Part shown: positions 9,238 to 11,966 of the stretch, one piece after another
Layout of the letters: every line of letters begins with the position of its first letter
Position numbering within the stretch: the first letter of the stretch is position 1
Source of the DNA: Adineta steineri
Lineage: Eukaryota
Direction of reading: 5' to 3'
NCBI GenBank assembly: GCA_905250115.1
Contig: CAJNOI010000024.1
Span: 34,111-46,076 of the forward strand
Length of the DNA stretch: 11,966 nucleotides
The notes under the pieces: model-generated
What the model was told of the DNA's origin: nothing
Seen by the model: only the letters and a program-made list of their open reading frames with translations
Databases searched by the model: none
Made by a program: the position numbers and the translations under genes

Positions 9238-11522
9238 ATGACTTCGCACAAAATTCAACATTGTATATTCGTCGATGGGGATTTCGACCGACATGAACTA
9301 TTTAGCAATGTTCATCCTTATACCTTAAATCGTCTTGCTAAATTAAATGATGTTTTAACATGTAAATTACACAATGAACAAGTGATGAAATTGATGAATA
9401 ATCCATCAAATATTCATTTTTATATTTGTTACAATTCATCCTCGACAGATATTGATCACTATTATAAGATATTAAAAGTAACTTATCCTCAAAGTATACG
9501 ATTGTATTCATCGATAAATACAGCAATCAATGACTGGCAACATAAATGTGATCATATTTGGATTATACACGGAATTGAAAACACTTACGAAGAATTAATT
9601 GAACAATTAAAATTCAATAAAAAAACACAAGCAAATATTTCAAGTTATTCTTGGTTGGAAAACATAAAAGAAGGTTCAAATCGAATTGAATATTTAATTA
9701 AGTAAGTCACTTGATTTATATGTGTGTTGAGGCGCTTTTTAACAGAATAATTGAAACTTAATATATTGCCTACGGATATGACTAAAATTTTATTTCTGTT
9801 TATATTATAGTAATAAAATGCAAAATTTTAATGATAATCAAATTGAAGAGTCAAATATTGAAGTAACAACAACAACAACGATGATGTCTACTACAGAGAA
9901 ACCAAAGAAATCTAACAGAAGACAATTGATAAAATGTGATGTTGACAATTGTAAGAAACAATTTAAGAATGCGGATGCTTTAAGAAGCCACCAATTGGCT
10001 AAACATCCAACTTCACAAGTAGTTGTACAACATGAAATAACAAAAAAAATATCCATTCAAACTTCTATACAACAAAAGATTCATGGATACAAGAATAAAC
10101 ATGTAGATGTAAATGTTTTACCAGATCATCTATCAGCCAATTATCCAGTCGATCCAGTAATTACAGATGATGAAACATCGGAAACGTCTATTACAGAATA
10201 TTACAAAGAGACTAATAACAAAATAAACATAAAATGCAATATTGATGGTTGCAAGAAGAAATTTTGGAATGAAGATGCTCTGTACAATCATCAATCAATT
10301 ATGCATGTAAGTGATCAGACAGATACAGATGATGAAATATCATCAGTATCCTCTTCAAAAAATCGAGAAAATATCATTACAATACGAAAACACGAATGTG
10401 GTTTTGAAAATTGCACAATATCGTGCAAAAAACGACGTTCATTATATATACATATAATAGAAAGACATTCAATTCCGCTTCAATGTCCATGGAGTAGCAA
10501 TTGTAAACAATCAAATAAAAATTATTTTGGGATACTTCTATTACAAAATCATATTATATCTGAACATACAGATTCAACGATACAATGCAAATGTCCTATT
10601 CCTCGATGTATAAATTCAAGAAATTGGGAAGATTGGTCCACTTTATTACAACATATAATATTAAGACATACAGAAAATCTATTCACGTAAGTTTTATTGT
10701 AATTCTGATTCGTGAATTTCATTATTATTCACACATTTATATATATATTTTAGAAATAATAATTTCAATACACAAGAAAAAAGATTGGTACTATCTCGCA
10801 TATATACTCGTTATGGTCAGCTAAACCTGCCGATAACTATTCCAACTTGGGATTTCCGTGATCCGTTTAAATGTTCGTATTCTAATTGTAGCCAAGTGTA
10901 TTGGGATGAAATAATATTGAAACGACATCAAGCATATGAACATCCTCTTCCTCTTCTATGCCCGTTTGGATCTGAATGTCAACAATCAACAAAAAAATAT
11001 TTTGGCATATGGAAATTACGTGAACATGTCTATTCAAAACATGCACCATTGTATTCTCAGCCAGTATGCTTTAATTCGGAATGTCAATACAATAAACCGT
11101 TCGTAACTTGGAATCATGTGTTGAAACATATCCTACATATGCATTTAGAAGCTGTTGTATTGATTGTAAATTCAAACACATCGTCGACAGTAAAAAAAGA
11201 CAAAGTATATAAGAAGTGCAGTTATCAAAATTGTAATCAACCATTTAAAACAAGAAATACCTTCCAGTATCATTTAGCAACATCGCGTCCTTATCCTCTT
11301 CGATGTCCATACAATTCTGCGTGTAATAAACTTGATAATGATAGTAAACATTACTTAGGATTAATGGAACTACAAAGACATATTGAAGTAACACATTCAG
11401 TACAATTCCTAGTGCCAATGTGTTTCAATCATCGATGTCAACAAAATAAACATTATAAAGAGTTGAAACCGTTAATGAATCATATTTTACAAAAACATTG
11501 GCTAAATATCAGAGTGAAATGA
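9238..11522 (+). CDS. Multi-C2H2 zinc-finger protein with an unassigned N-terminal domain; three-exon model of about 700 aa
   Basis: Exon 1 is 9238-9701, intron 9702-9810 (GTAAGT..TATAG, 109 nt). Exon 2 is 9811-10686, intron 10687-10753 (GTAAGT..TTTAG, 67 nt). Exon 3 is 10754-11522 (TGA). Both apparent ORF stops (TAA 9703-9705 and 10688-10690) lie inside perfect GTAAGT donors, and both junctions are in frame (phase 2: AA+T = Asn, AC+A = Thr). ORF 10785.. has no ATG (its listed Met is TTG) and continues the finger array, so the second junction is well supported. The first junction is less certain (about 0.6), because exon 2 has its own ATG at 9818. There are eleven C-x4-5-C...H-x4-5-H finger-like units. 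Confidence 0.75.
10397..11498 (+). repeat. Internal triplication of a three-finger module within the zinc-finger CDS (protein-level repeat)
   Basis: The units are 10397-10669, 10872-11144 and 11217-11498. Each encodes three parts: [C-x4-C-x12-H-x4-H], then P-L-x-CP-x4-5-C-x6-10-Y(F/L)G-x6-H-x5-H, then C-x4-C-x13-14-H-x4-5-H. For example CGFENC../CPWSSNC..YFGILLLQNH../CPIPRC.. aligns with CSYSNC../CPFGSEC..YFGIWKLREH../CFNSEC.. and with CSYQNC../CPYNSAC..YLGLMELQRH../CFNHRC.. Confidence 0.8.
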
Positions 11523-11966
11523 TACGATACCTTGTATGTACATGAAATCATGTAATGTAATTTCGAAATTTCTCTTTAACTTTTTTACATATGCTTAAAA
11601 AACTTTTCCTATTAGCCTATGTACATTTTAAAAGTAGGTTTGGGTGAGGCGGGAACATAATATAGATCCCCATCCACATTCAGAGTTTACCGGATTTTGC
11701 CACTGCTGAAACTTTCCACTCAAAAAATAAAAACCAACAAAAATCGAAATGCTAATCAAGAAACGAAATAGTCACAAAAGAAACAGTAATCACAAAATGC
11801 AATCAAAAAAGAAACTATATGAAACATAGAACAAATGCAAACATAAAATCATCAATATAAGAAAGTGAATCAACAGCAACAAAAATTAATCAATCACGAT
11901 GCATAATAAAAATAGCATAAAATCTTAAGAAATGCAAACGAGATATATCATCGTAATGATTATCAA

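Noticed and set aside
9338-10056. ORFs 9338..9526 (-) and 9838..10056 (-)
   Set aside because: They are antisense shadows of zinc-finger gene exons 1 and 2. The second is driven by the ACA/ACG Thr run, which reads as VVVV.
10585-10824. ORF 10585..10824 (+), 79 aa
   Set aside because: It is an out-of-frame overlap of the end of exon 2 that reads through the 67-nt intron, with a low-complexity translation.
1-11966. Search for a prokaryotic-style system (CRISPR array, defence operon, toxin-antitoxin, integron)
   Set aside because: There are no direct-repeat/spacer arrays and no tightly packed co-oriented ORFs with ribosome-binding sites. The window has spliceosomal GT-AG introns, a Pol III tRNA gene and metazoan gene families, so it is eukaryotic.

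Overview
This AT-rich window looks eukaryotic, and probably comes from a compact invertebrate metazoan genome. The inferred introns are short GT-AG introns of 53-109 nt, and the window carries a Ly6/uPAR gene, a rhodopsin-type GPCR and a Pol III tRNA gene. I see no CRISPR array, prokaryotic operon or defence-island architecture, so I cannot support a claim of a new multi-gene system.

Features from left to right:
- the 3' end of an unidentified + strand gene (1-240)
- an intronless 350-aa class-A GPCR on the - strand (534-1586)
- tRNA-Thr(UGU) with a T9 terminator (2552-2635)
- a locally GC-richer island with a long-range helix (about 3140-3290)
- an intronless GT15 (Kre2/Mnt1-like) mannosyltransferase homologue on the - strand, interrupted by an in-frame TGA and a +1 frameshift in a homopolymer (3314-4319)
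- a 272-bp foldback/MITE-like palindrome about 190 bp upstream of the GT15 start (4507-4778)
- about 2.6 kb with no ORF in the supplied track
- a three-exon Ly6/uPAR GPI-anchored protein gene on the - strand (7388-7875)
- a three-exon gene on the + strand (9238-11522) with an unassigned N-terminal domain, two isolated C2H2 fingers and a triplicated three-finger module

The most interesting items are the apparently foreign, decaying GT15 gene, the foldback element beside it, and the architecture of the zinc-finger gene. All family assignments rest on motifs I recognise by eye. No database search was run.
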